Shown: in pieces, positions 10,114 through 19,590 of the stretch
Layout of the letters: every line of letters begins with the position of its first letter
How positions within the stretch are numbered: position 1 is the stretch's first letter
DNA from: an uncultured Verrucomicrobiae bacterium
Lineage (GTDB): Bacteria > Verrucomicrobiota > Verrucomicrobiia > Limisphaerales > Palsa-1400
NCBI GenBank assembly: GCA_963702845.1
Contig: OY969763.1
Span: 4,352,001 to 4,416,000 of the forward strand
Direction of reading: 5' to 3'
DNA: 64,000 bases
The notes under the pieces: generated by a model
Told to the model about the DNA's origin: nothing
The model's input: only the letters and a program-made list of their open reading frames with translations
Databases searched by the model: none
Program-made: the position numbers and the translations under genes

Positions 10114-11006
10114 TTCAAAAGTCTCAAAATGCCGTTGGCCGCTCCAATGCGCGCGTCGGGTGCAGAACTCTGGAGCAAAGGTTCGAGGAGGGCGATGCTG
10201 TCAGGATTTCCGCGCAATCCCATCACGATTCCGACTTCAAGCTGTTCGTTGGCCTTGCCGTGAAGATAAGGGAGCAATTGATGCTCAAGCTCAGCCATCG
10301 CGGAAGCGCTATTTTCGTGCAGAAGCAGCGCGGTGATCAAATAAACCCGCGCGATGGAGTCAGAAGGCTCAACTTTTAATTGTTCGCGAATTTTCTCGAG
10401 TGATGCCGGTGCAGGTGTTTTCAATCTGCCGAGCGCAAAAGCAGCACGGATCCGAGCTACTGGATCGTTGGAACGCACCAGCGCGGCTAAGGCTACCTCG
10501 TCTTCATGACGTTCGCCAGCGGTGCTCGAAAGGATCAACAACCACCGAGGAAAAGCAGCGGTGGCGTCGTCTGCCGTTTTGAGCCATTGAAAAATAACGG
10601 AACGATCATCACGGTTCGCGGCATTTAGTTTGCCCAGGCTTTCGGCGGCGGAAACACGATCAGTCGCTTGCGGATCATTCATCGCCGCACGGATCATTCT
10701 GGTGTAAAGCCGATGCTCGTCACTGTCTGTGGAGCGAGCCAAGACACGCCAAACGCCGATCCGATAAGGCGCCGTCGCGGATTCCGATTCCTTGCGAAAT
10801 AATTGCGCGACTTTGTCTCGCGATTCTCCGTTGTCCAACAACCCCTCCGCCGCGTGGATGCGCAACCATTGCGTGTTGTTGGCCATCTCGCGTTCAAGTC
10901 CTATAACCAATTGGGCACGATTTAATGTCATTTCATGTCGTGTTACGCAACCCGCGAGCAACGCGAGGCATGTAAAAAATAAAAATGCGGAATGTCTCCA
11001 TGTCAT
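10110..11006 (-). CDS. HEAT-repeat lipoprotein
   Basis: LAGC lipobox; repeated RxxAAxxLG units; start MTWRH at 11006 overlaps the regulator stop (ORF track starts at 11033). Confidence 0.7.
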   Translation of the reverse strand: MTWRHSAFLFFTCLALLAGCVTRHEMTLNRAQLVIGLEREMANNTQWLRIHAAEGLLDNGESRDKVAQLFRKESESATAPYRIGVWRVLARSTDSDEHRLYTRMIRAAMNDPQATDRVSAAESLGKLNAANRDDRSVIFQWLKTADDATAAFPRWLLILSSTAGERHEDEVALAALVRSNDPVARIRAAFALGRLKTPAPASLEKIREQLKVEPSDSIARVYLITALLLHENSASAMAELEHQLLPYLHGKANEQLEVGIVMGLRGNPDSIALLEPLLQSSAPDARIGAANGILRLLK

Positions 11007-12157
11007 GCAGCGATGGCTTCTTTGCGCGAACATGGTCCGAGCGTTTCGCCTTCCGCCCAGCTCAATGGCATGATGATCTCAGTGGCGTCATTCAACGGCT
11101 TTTCGCGTCGGCGCATTTGTTCCAACAATCGCGCGGCGTGGTGGCCTAGCTCTTCTTCATCGACCGTCACCGCCGACAAACGCCTCGTCAAAGCACCTTC
11201 ACGCCATGTTCCGCCAAAGCTGATGATGGAAATGTCATCCGGAACTTTGACGCCCATTTGCGTTAATAGCAGGTAAATCGACTCCGCTTCCGAATCAAAC
11301 GGGGAGAAAATAGCCGTCGGCCGATTTTTGGCGCGAAGGATTTGTTCAAGATTCACTTTCAGGAAATCTTCATGTGCGACCGTCAGTTTCGGTGAATCGT
11401 CATAACGAACGAACTCGGCCGGCAACTTTCCGCCGTCTTCGGACAATCCTTCACGCAATCCGGTTTCATACTGGCTGCCGAGTCCAGCGCGTTGAAATGC
11501 GAAGAACGCCGCACGGCGATGGCCTCGTTCCAACATCGCGCGTCCGGCTCGCCGTCCAACCTCTAGGGCGGAGAAAGCAACCAGCGGTGCATGGATTCCC
11601 TCAACGCGTCGATGACAAAATACAATCGGGATGCCGCGTTCGTGCAAAGGCCGCAATTGATGCGCTGGGGTTGGTGGAACGGTTGTTGGAACGATGGCCA
11701 CGCCGGCGACCTTCGTATCGATCAACTGTAGTAGCGAATCTGCCTGTCGGAAAAGATCATTGCCTGTGTCACAAATGATGACCTGATTGTGACATTTGGC
11801 CGATGCCGAGTGAAATCCACGTTGCAGCGATGGATAAAATCCATTGCGCGCGTCGGGAATGACTAATGCAAATATATCCAAGCCCGACTTCAACCGCTCC
11901 ATCGCCGATTCATGCACGAACGTTCCGCTGCCTCGCACCCGGCGGATAAGTCCACTCCGCTCAAGTTCCGCCAACGCGTGCCGGACTGTATTGCGCGAAA
12001 CCTCCGCCGAATCCGCCAGCGCAACTTCTGTCGGCAAAGCATCACCCGGCTTCAAACGACCGCCGCTCAATTCTTTTAGAAGATAGGCGCGCAGGCGCTC
12101 ATGCTTTGGAATCCCCGCAAGCGAACTGTCGCCATTGGACTTTTGCGAAATTGTCAT
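11003..12157 (-). CDS. GntR-type HTH + LacI-type sugar-binding domain regulator (AraR-like architecture)
   Basis: LPTE..LA....VSRNTVR.AL..L...G..RR..GSGTFV N-terminus; VPDDISIISF C-terminal PBP-like domain. Confidence 0.9.
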   Translation of the reverse strand: MTISQKSNGDSSLAGIPKHERLRAYLLKELSGGRLKPGDALPTEVALADSAEVSRNTVRHALAELERSGLIRRVRGSGTFVHESAMERLKSGLDIFALVIPDARNGFYPSLQRGFHSASAKCHNQVIICDTGNDLFRQADSLLQLIDTKVAGVAIVPTTVPPTPAHQLRPLHERGIPIVFCHRRVEGIHAPLVAFSALEVGRRAGRAMLERGHRRAAFFAFQRAGLGSQYETGLREGLSEDGGKLPAEFVRYDDSPKLTVAHEDFLKVNLEQILRAKNRPTAIFSPFDSEAESIYLLLTQMGVKVPDDISIISFGGTWREGALTRRLSAVTVDEEELGHHAARLLEQMRRREKPLNDATEIIMPLSWAEGETLGPCSRKEAIAA

Positions 12158-12276
12158 TAGTTGGAACTAAATGGAACAACTTAGGCTTAAATGTTAAGGA
12201 ACCCGCCAGCAAGCAAAAACTCACTTTTGCTCCGATTTTATCTTGAAACATAATGTTAGAACTAATTAGGTTCTAA
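12157..12276. promoter_or_regulatory. Divergent promoter region with candidate operator sites
   Basis: Palindromes TTAGTT-GG-AACTAA (12157-12170) and TTAGAAC-N7-GTTCTAA (12256-12276); TTGAAA-N18-TAGGTT candidate promoter at 12243-12272. Confidence 0.55.
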
Positions 12277-12291
12277 GTAATCTTAGTCACG

Positions 12292-13536
12292 ATGCCAAAC
12301 ACCGCGCTCTCATTATCGCAGGAAGTCAGCCCCAAGGTGCGCGGGTTGTTTTTGAAAAATCTCGGCGACTTCCAAACAGAGCTCGCACGGATCCTCGCGG
12401 GGTTTCTACCTTCGCTGGTGATTTGGCAACAACGGAAGGAATTACCGGCCCTCACTTTTCGTTCGCTTCGTCGCGTGCAGGATCTGCGGCAGCGCGGACG
12501 CGAACTTGGCGTTTCGTTCGCGGAGATGCATTGCAGCGGAGCTGTTGCTGGACGTGAGCTGCTCGACAAACTTTGCGACGCTCCCACCGCGGCCGATTTA
12601 TTCCAGGCCGGAATGGTTGTCATCCCTACCGAATTGATCAGGGGCATTGAGGAGTATCTAAAGCGCAACGATGACGTCTACGATTTGCCGAGCGTCGCGC
12701 TGCTCGAAGCAGACCGCGATGAGTTAAAAGCTCAAATGGTCTGGGCACAAAGCGCACTGCGCCACTTGGCTGACGAACAGAGCAATGTTCCCGACGTAAA
12801 GTTTATTCATGCCATCTCGGAAATCTGCGTCAATCTGCCGACCGTATTGACCGAATACAATATCCGCGCGGCAAGTCCTCTCAAAACAGGGCGGCGAATC
12901 GGCAGATTACCATTCGACGATGCGAAGCTCCCATCCGGTTTTCGTCCTCTTGAGTTTGGCCCGGAAGGATTGGCGAAGGATGCCGATTACGCAGCCCGTT
13001 CCCGTTATCACGCAATTAATTTTCTACAGGAAGTGCAGGCGGCCGATTCGTGTGGGTCGATGCTTTTTGAAGCGGCCGATATGCCGTGGGATTTCTATTT
13101 GGATTTGAGCCGGCACACCTGGGACGAATCGCGCCACGCTATGTTCGGTGAAGCGAAGTTGACGGAACTCGGCACCACCGCAGCCGCCGCAGGGCTTTCA
13201 ACGAAAGCCTATGCCATGCGCCAGACACTCACGCCGCTCGATCGGTATGCGGCCTTGTCCACCCAGGAAGCCGATGCGTTCCCCGGCAAACACGTCGGAT
13301 TGAAAGACGCAGTCGCACATAACGACGCGCTAAGCGCCAAGGCGTGGAGTTACGATATCGCGGATGAAACGCAGCATCTTCGTTTCGGGACAAAATGGAT
13401 TCCGGTAATGATCGAGATGGCAGGCGATCCACGCAGTTACGAGCAGGTCAAGGACGACGCGTGCACCTGGCGAGAGAGCGTCCTCGCTGAAGTCTATAAA
13501 CCTGCTGCCGCGACATTCGAGAGGGCGAAAAAGTGA
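12292..13536 (+). CDS. Ferritin-like (DUF455-type) di-iron protein
   Basis: Two DExxH motifs (DESRH, DETQH), each preceded by a helix Glu. Confidence 0.65.
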   Translation: MPNTALSLSQEVSPKVRGLFLKNLGDFQTELARILAGFLPSLVIWQQRKELPALTFRSLRRVQDLRQRGRELGVSFAEMHCSGAVAGRELLDKLCDAPTAADLFQAGMVVIPTELIRGIEEYLKRNDDVYDLPSVALLEADRDELKAQMVWAQSALRHLADEQSNVPDVKFIHAISEICVNLPTVLTEYNIRAASPLKTGRRIGRLPFDDAKLPSGFRPLEFGPEGLAKDADYAARSRYHAINFLQEVQAADSCGSMLFEAADMPWDFYLDLSRHTWDESRHAMFGEAKLTELGTTAAAAGLSTKAYAMRQTLTPLDRYAALSTQEADAFPGKHVGLKDAVAHNDALSAKAWSYDIADETQHLRFGTKWIPVMIEMAGDPRSYEQVKDDACTWRESVLAEVYKPAAATFERAKK

Positions 13537-14645
13537 ACGCTGCCGAACGTGTTGCAACTTTGGAAGACCTTCCGACTCCTGTCTTAGTTATCGATGCTGT
13601 TATCGCGCGAAACAACATTCGCCGTTTGGCCGAATACGCGTCAAAACATCGCATCGGAATGCGCCCGCACACCAAGACACACAAGAACCGTGTCATTGCG
13701 AAATTGCAGATCGACGCGGGCGCAATTGGGCTAACGGTTGCAAAAGTCGGTGAAGCGGAACAGCTCCAAACGGAAACGAACGATCTGTTGATGGCTTATC
13801 CCGCGGTGGATCGCGCGCGCTGCCAACACCTCGCCGAACTCGCGAAAACGCGCACGATGCGCGTTGCCGCTGACAGTGCGGTCGGCGTTGAGGCGCTTGC
13901 TTCCGCCGCACAAAATATCGGCAGCACGATCGGCGTGCTCATCGAAATCGATGTGGGCATGGGGCGGACTGGCGTGGCCACCGCGCAAGAATCTTTGGCA
14001 CTCGCACAACTGGTGAGCAGAACGAAAGGCCTTCGCCTCGATGGAATACTCTGTTATCCGGGGCACATCTGGAATCCTGTCGCGGAACAAGCCGCGCCGC
14101 TCGCGGCGGTTTCTGCAAAGCTTCAGGAAACGATTGATCTCTGGAAACAAACCGGTCTTGAAGCACAAATTGTTTCCGGTGGTTCGACTCCAACCGCGTT
14201 GCGCTCGCATCTCGTGCCGCAATTAACGGAAATTCGGTCCGGCACATACATCTTCAATGACATGAATACATTCCGCGGCGGGTTCTGCGCTTTGGAGGAT
14301 TGTTCCGCGCGGATCTACTGCACGGTCATCAGCACGACCGTAAAAGAACAGATCGTTCTCGATGGCGGCACCAAGACCTTCACCAGCGACCTCTGCATTC
14401 CCGCACGGGACAGTGGACACGGCTATATGGTCGAATATCCCGAAGCAAAAATCACCACGCTGAGCGAAGAACATGGCCAGGTCAATGTTTCGCTATGTGC
14501 AAAACGCCCGAAAGTCGGTGACCGCGTTTCGATCATCCCGAACCACATCTGCCCATGCGTCAATCTGCAGGACGCGATCTGGTGGCGTGAAGCTGATGGT
14601 TCGCTGCAAAAAATCAAAGTCGATGCCCGAGGAAAATTATCATGA
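13533..14645 (+). CDS. D-threonine aldolase / D-serine dehydratase-like PLP enzyme (alanine racemase fold)
   Basis: RPHTKTHK, GGSTPT, EIRSGTYIFND, SEEHG, PNHICP motifs. Confidence 0.9.
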   Translation: MNAAERVATLEDLPTPVLVIDAVIARNNIRRLAEYASKHRIGMRPHTKTHKNRVIAKLQIDAGAIGLTVAKVGEAEQLQTETNDLLMAYPAVDRARCQHLAELAKTRTMRVAADSAVGVEALASAAQNIGSTIGVLIEIDVGMGRTGVATAQESLALAQLVSRTKGLRLDGILCYPGHIWNPVAEQAAPLAAVSAKLQETIDLWKQTGLEAQIVSGGSTPTALRSHLVPQLTEIRSGTYIFNDMNTFRGGFCALEDCSARIYCTVISTTVKEQIVLDGGTKTFTSDLCIPARDSGHGYMVEYPEAKITTLSEEHGQVNVSLCAKRPKVGDRVSIIPNHICPCVNLQDAIWWREADGSLQKIKVDARGKLS

Positions 14646-15493
14646 TTGTCGATGTTCATAGTCACACGTGGCGTTTCCCGGATGATTTCAACGAATCGTT
14701 CATGTCGCAGGCCAAGCGCGCCCGTGCGGGAATGGAAGTCGACCTGCGCGTTCGCTACGAAGATTACCGCGCCTCTGCACCAGCCGATACGAAGACCATT
14801 ATCTTCGGCGGCAAAGCAAAACTCAGCGGACAATGGGTCAATGATCGTTACGTTGCCGATTATGTCGCCGCGCACTCGGACACTTTGATCGGTTTTCTGT
14901 GCGTTGATCCGACGCAAGACGGTTGGCAACGCGAGATGGAGCTCGGCCATAAGGACCTTGGTTTGCGCGGAATCAAGTTACTGCCGATGTATGCCGGCTT
15001 TCGTCCCGACGAACCGCGACTCGATCCGCTCTGGGCCTACGCTTCAAAATACAAATTGCCGGTCCTCTTGCACACCGGGACGACTTTCGTCGCGCAGGCT
15101 CCACTCGAATGCACGTTGCCACGGCATCTCGATCCCGTCGCGATCCGTTTTCCGGAAGTGAAGATCATCATGGCGCATCTCGGCCATCCCTACGAAGGCG
15201 AGTGCATCGTGACGATCCGCAAGCATCCGAACGTCTACGCCGATATCAGCGCGCTGCATTATCGTCCTTTTCAGCTCTACCATAGCCTCATGCTGGTGCA
15301 GGAATACGGGGTTTGGAACAAAGTGCTTTTCGGCACGGATTATCCGTTCACCACGGTCAACGCGACGATCGATGGTCTGCGCAAACTGAACGACATGACA
15401 CGCGGCACCGGCCTGCCAAAACTCAACGAGAAAGCGATCGAGGAAATGATCTATCGCGACAGTCTCACCATCCTCGGACTAAACCAAAAATGA
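14642..15493 (+). CDS. Amidohydrolase family (amidohydro_2) protein
   Basis: VDVHSH, LHTG, AHLGHP, FGTDYP. Confidence 0.9.
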   Translation: MIVDVHSHTWRFPDDFNESFMSQAKRARAGMEVDLRVRYEDYRASAPADTKTIIFGGKAKLSGQWVNDRYVADYVAAHSDTLIGFLCVDPTQDGWQREMELGHKDLGLRGIKLLPMYAGFRPDEPRLDPLWAYASKYKLPVLLHTGTTFVAQAPLECTLPRHLDPVAIRFPEVKIIMAHLGHPYEGECIVTIRKHPNVYADISALHYRPFQLYHSLMLVQEYGVWNKVLFGTDYPFTTVNATIDGLRKLNDMTRGTGLPKLNEKAIEEMIYRDSLTILGLNQK

Positions 15494-16461
15494 GCAAGAG
15501 TTCGAACATCGAATGTGTCGCCGTCGTTGGCCTTGGGTTGTTGGGACGAGGCATCGCGGCATGTTTTCTTGCGCACGGATTTCGGGTTATCGGCATTGAT
15601 CGTAATGCCGGCCAGCATACTGAAGCCCACCAACAACTGCCTTTGATGATGGGTGAACTTATCGAGTTCGGCGGGTTTGATCCTAAGCTTCGCGACGAAT
15701 GGCACGCGCGTTACACCGCCGCCCAGGACTTTGAGGGCGTCAAAGATTGCTCCTTTATTGTCGAAAGCGTGACGGAAGACATCGCTGCAAAAGAAGCAGT
15801 GTTTGACGAACTTGAATCGCGGCTTTCCGCATCCATCGTTATCGCTACAAATACGTCGGCGATTCCCATCAGCCAACTGCAGCAACGGCGAAAGGTGTCG
15901 GGACGGTTTGTCGGCATGCATTGGGCAGAACCCGCGCACGCGACCCGCTTCATGGAACTGGTCCGCGGCGCGCAAACTTCCGATGAAACCTTGCAAGTCA
16001 CCGCCGCGGTGGCACGGCGTCTCGGTAAAGAACCATGCGTTTGCCAGAAAGATATTCCCGGCTTCATCGTCAATCGCATCGGTTACGCAATGTATCGCGA
16101 GGCACTTAATATTTTGCAGTCCGGAGTCGCCGACGCCGCCACTATCGACACCGCCATGCGGAATGCTTTCGGACTTTGGGCGAGCGTTTGCGGACCACTT
16201 CGCTGGATCGACATCACCGGCGGTCCCGCGCTCTACGCCAAAGCGATGGCCCACGTCGTGCCCAGTCTGAGCTCTTCACCGGAAATTCCTAAACCGATGC
16301 AGAAGCTCGCCGCCGAAGGCGCAGGTGGCATCACCAACGGAAAAGGTTTTTACACTTACACTGAAGAAGAAGCGCGTCACTGGGAGGAACTTTATCGAAA
16401 ACACGCGTGGCGCGTCACCAAACTGCAGAACGAATATTTTCCACTGAAACAAACCCAATGA
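15490..16461 (+). CDS. 3-hydroxyacyl-CoA dehydrogenase family protein
   Basis: GLGLLG Rossmann motif, ATNTS, GMHW..P, PGFIVNR; ATG at 15490 overlaps previous stop. Confidence 0.88.
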   Translation: MSKSSNIECVAVVGLGLLGRGIAACFLAHGFRVIGIDRNAGQHTEAHQQLPLMMGELIEFGGFDPKLRDEWHARYTAAQDFEGVKDCSFIVESVTEDIAAKEAVFDELESRLSASIVIATNTSAIPISQLQQRRKVSGRFVGMHWAEPAHATRFMELVRGAQTSDETLQVTAAVARRLGKEPCVCQKDIPGFIVNRIGYAMYREALNILQSGVADAATIDTAMRNAFGLWASVCGPLRWIDITGGPALYAKAMAHVVPSLSSSPEIPKPMQKLAAEGAGGITNGKGFYTYTEEEARHWEELYRKHAWRVTKLQNEYFPLKQTQ

Positions 16462-16922
16462 ACGATCGAGAAAAGAAATTAGAAGCGCTCGGCTATCCGC
16501 TGAGCAAATGCACACCCGAAGGCAAACTGGTCGATCCACTCGCCATCGCCGGAAACATCCTCTACGCCTCCGGCCAGGTGCCGTTCGACGGCGATGTCCT
16601 CGTCAGCAGCGGCAAGGTCCCATCGCAAGTCAGCGTCGAGAACGCGACCCGCGCTGCGGCACTCTGCGCGGCGAATGTGTTGCGCTCGGTCTACGCGCAT
16701 ATCGGCTCGTTAGACAAGATCGAACGCGTCGTTCGCATGACCGGTTACGTCAACGCTGATCCCAATTTCACCGACTGCCATCTCGTCATCAACGGCGCAT
16801 CGAATCTGGTCCGCGACGTTTTTGGTGAAGCCGGACGTCACGCCCGCACCGCGCTTTCCATGGCTCAATTACCCCTCGGCGCGAGTGTCGAAGTGGAAAT
16901 GATTTTCCAATTGAAATCTTAA
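16458..16922 (+). CDS. RidA / YjgF family protein
   Basis: YASGQVP, NGAS, GRHARTA, LPLGASVEVE; ATG at 16458 overlaps previous stop. Confidence 0.9.
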   Translation: MNDREKKLEALGYPLSKCTPEGKLVDPLAIAGNILYASGQVPFDGDVLVSSGKVPSQVSVENATRAAALCAANVLRSVYAHIGSLDKIERVVRMTGYVNADPNFTDCHLVINGASNLVRDVFGEAGRHARTALSMAQLPLGASVEVEMIFQLKS

Positions 16923-16934
16923 GGAAAAACTTTT

Positions 16935-17777
16935 ATGCGATTCAGCCGGATCAAAGCCAAGTTACGCAAGAACGAACCTGCGCTTATCACCTGTCTCCAC
17001 TACACCGATGCCACCCTCTACGAGATGACCAGCCTGATGGGTTTCGACGGCATCTGGATGGATCTGGAGCATCACGCTTACTCCGTTGAAACCGCCGCGA
17101 AACTCATGTGCGCTGCACGAGTTGGCGCCTCCGATATCGTTGCGCGACCGGCCAAAGGAGAATTCATGCGCATGGGGCGGCTCCTCGAAGCCGGCGCGCA
17201 GGCGATTATGTATCCGCGCTGCGAAAGCGCCGAGGAAGCCGCTGAAGTCGTGAAATGGTCAAAGTTCGCTCCGTTGGGCGAGCGCGGAATGGACGCCGCC
17301 AATGCCGACGCGCCGTATTGTTTCATGCCAGTTAAACCTTACTTGCGGACTGCGAACGAAGAGACCGTCGTCATCGTCCAGATTGAATCACCGCGTGCGT
17401 TGGAGAATGTTGAAAGCATCGCCAAAGTCCCGGGCGTGGACATTCTCATGATCGGCCCAGGTGATTTGAGTGTTCTCGCCGGCATGCCCTGCGATTTCGA
17501 AAATCCATACATGCTCGAAGCCCGCAAACGCGTGTCAAAGGCTGCAAAAGCCGCGGGCATTCATTGGGGAATGCCGAGCGGCAGCCCCGAGCACACGCGT
17601 CAGATCATGGATATGGGTGCTCGCTTCATCTGTCACGGTGCCGACATCGTCATGGTCAAACGCGCGTTGGAACAGATTCAGGAATCGTACAAACCGCTCG
17701 GCTTCACCTTCGACAACCGTCTCGCTGTGATGGCGGCTGACCTGGAAAAATCAGCGGCTCATTACACGGAAAAATAA
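16935..17777 (+). CDS. HpcH/HpaI class II aldolase
   Basis: WMDLEH, P.GERG, VQIES, IGPGDLS. Confidence 0.9.
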   Translation: MRFSRIKAKLRKNEPALITCLHYTDATLYEMTSLMGFDGIWMDLEHHAYSVETAAKLMCAARVGASDIVARPAKGEFMRMGRLLEAGAQAIMYPRCESAEEAAEVVKWSKFAPLGERGMDAANADAPYCFMPVKPYLRTANEETVVIVQIESPRALENVESIAKVPGVDILMIGPGDLSVLAGMPCDFENPYMLEARKRVSKAAKAAGIHWGMPSGSPEHTRQIMDMGARFICHGADIVMVKRALEQIQESYKPLGFTFDNRLAVMAADLEKSAAHYTEK

Positions 17778-17782
17778 GTCCT

Positions 17783-18778
17783 GTGTCGCAACGCAAATCC
17801 ATTTTGATCGTTGGCGTTGGCTCGATTGGCGAACGGCACTTGCGCTGTTTTCAATCAACTTCGAGAGCAGATGTTTCATTTTGCGAACTGAATCCGGCTT
17901 TACGAACAACAATCGCTGAGCGTTACAAGGTAAGTAGATCATTCGACGATTTCGGACGTGCGTTGGATGAAGGACCAGATGCGGTTGTTATTTGCACACC
18001 AGCTCACTTGCATATCGAAATGGCCTTGGCTGCAGTGAGAAATGGCATCCACGTTTTTATCGAAAAGCCTTTGAGCACGACGCTGGACGGCATTGATGTT
18101 CTCAGTAAAGAAATTTCCGAACGCAAACTCGTGGCTGCAGTCGCTTATGTGTATCGAGCGCACCCTGCGCTGACGGCGATGCGTGCGGCCATTCGTAGCG
18201 GACGATTCGGCGAGCCAGTGCAAATTGTCGCGACGGCTGGACAGCATTTTCCATTTTATCGCCCGGCATATCGCGACACGTATTATAAAAGTCATCTTAC
18301 CGGCGGCGGTGCCGTGCAAGATGCTTTGACTCACATCGTTAATGCCGCCGAATGGCTTGTTGGACCAGTGACGGAATTGGTCGCCGACGCTGCGCATCAA
18401 GTTCTCGAAGGTGTCGAAGTCGAAGACACCGTTCACCTCATCACTCGCCATAAGAATGTTCTCGGCGCGTTTACGTTGAACCAGCACCAGGCACCGAATG
18501 AATCTTCGTTGACCGTCGTCTGCAAAAACGGAACTGCCCGATTCGAGATGCACAACAATCGCTGGCGCTGGCAAACTCAGCCGGGTGACAACTGGCACGA
18601 CGAACCTGCGGCCACGCTGGAACGCGACATGCTTTTTACGCTCCAAGCCGAATCATTTTTGCAGGCGCTCGACGGAATGCATCAACCGCTTTGCAGTTTG
18701 GAAGACGGTCTCCAAACGTTGCGCGTGAACTTAAGCATTTTGCGTTCGATGGAGACGCGCAGTTGGCAAAAACTTTAA
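17783..18778 (+). CDS. Gfo/Idh/MocA family oxidoreductase
   Basis: GVGSIG, EKPL, GGG...D...H. Confidence 0.9.
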   Translation: MSQRKSILIVGVGSIGERHLRCFQSTSRADVSFCELNPALRTTIAERYKVSRSFDDFGRALDEGPDAVVICTPAHLHIEMALAAVRNGIHVFIEKPLSTTLDGIDVLSKEISERKLVAAVAYVYRAHPALTAMRAAIRSGRFGEPVQIVATAGQHFPFYRPAYRDTYYKSHLTGGGAVQDALTHIVNAAEWLVGPVTELVADAAHQVLEGVEVEDTVHLITRHKNVLGAFTLNQHQAPNESSLTVVCKNGTARFEMHNNRWRWQTQPGDNWHDEPAATLERDMLFTLQAESFLQALDGMHQPLCSLEDGLQTLRVNLSILRSMETRSWQKL

Positions 18779-18784
18779 ACCGCG

Positions 18785-19582
18785 ATGAACAACGAACCAT
18801 CCGTTCAAAAACTTTTTGATCTGTCGGGGCGCACTGCACTCTTGACCGGTGCCAGCGGCCATCTCGGACGTTCCATGGCCGATGCACTCGCTGAAGCAGG
18901 TGCTCGCGTCATCGTCGCCAGTCGCAATGCCAAAACAGGCGCAAAGGTCGCCAGCGCGTTGGCCGGAACGGAACGCGGAAAACACTTCGCTGTGGTCATG
19001 GACCACATGGATGAGAGTTCGATCCATGCTGGTTTCGATAGCGCCGTGCGCGATGCCGGAAAAGTCGATATTGTGGTCTGCAACGGCCATGAAGCCCTCG
19101 GCAAAGATCTGAGCTCCGTTACTGGTGCGGAGTTCAACCGCCAGTTACAAAACGCCACCGGTTATTTTCTTCTGGCCCGAAAATTTCACGGCCAAATCGT
19201 CCGGCAAAAATCTCAGGGCAGTATCATCATGGTCGGCTCGATGTACGGCGTCGTCGGGTCGTACCCGGAAAGTTACGCAGGCATCGGCCCCGCAAATCCT
19301 GTCGCGTATCAGACTCTCAAAGGAGGCATCATTCAGATGGTACGGCATCTCGCCGTTTATTGGGCGCTCGATGGCATTCGGGTCAATTGCTTGAGCCCTG
19401 GGCCATTTCCCTCGTCAGCCGCGTCACCGGAACTGGTTCGCCGACTGAAAAAGCACTCACCGATGCGTCGCATGGGCCGATCGCATGAGCTCAAGGGCGC
19501 CCTAGTTTTTCTCGCCTCGGACGCCAGCAGTTATGTCACAGGCCAAAATCTGCTCGTTGACGGCGGTTGGACAGCCTGGTGA
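18785..19582 (+). CDS. Short-chain dehydrogenase/reductase
   Basis: TGASGHLG, YQTLK (YxxxK), VTGQNLLVDGG. Confidence 0.92.
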   Translation: MNNEPSVQKLFDLSGRTALLTGASGHLGRSMADALAEAGARVIVASRNAKTGAKVASALAGTERGKHFAVVMDHMDESSIHAGFDSAVRDAGKVDIVVCNGHEALGKDLSSVTGAEFNRQLQNATGYFLLARKFHGQIVRQKSQGSIIMVGSMYGVVGSYPESYAGIGPANPVAYQTLKGGIIQMVRHLAVYWALDGIRVNCLSPGPFPSSAASPELVRRLKKHSPMRRMGRSHELKGALVFLASDASSYVTGQNLLVDGGWTAW

Positions 19583-19590
19583 CGTTTTGT

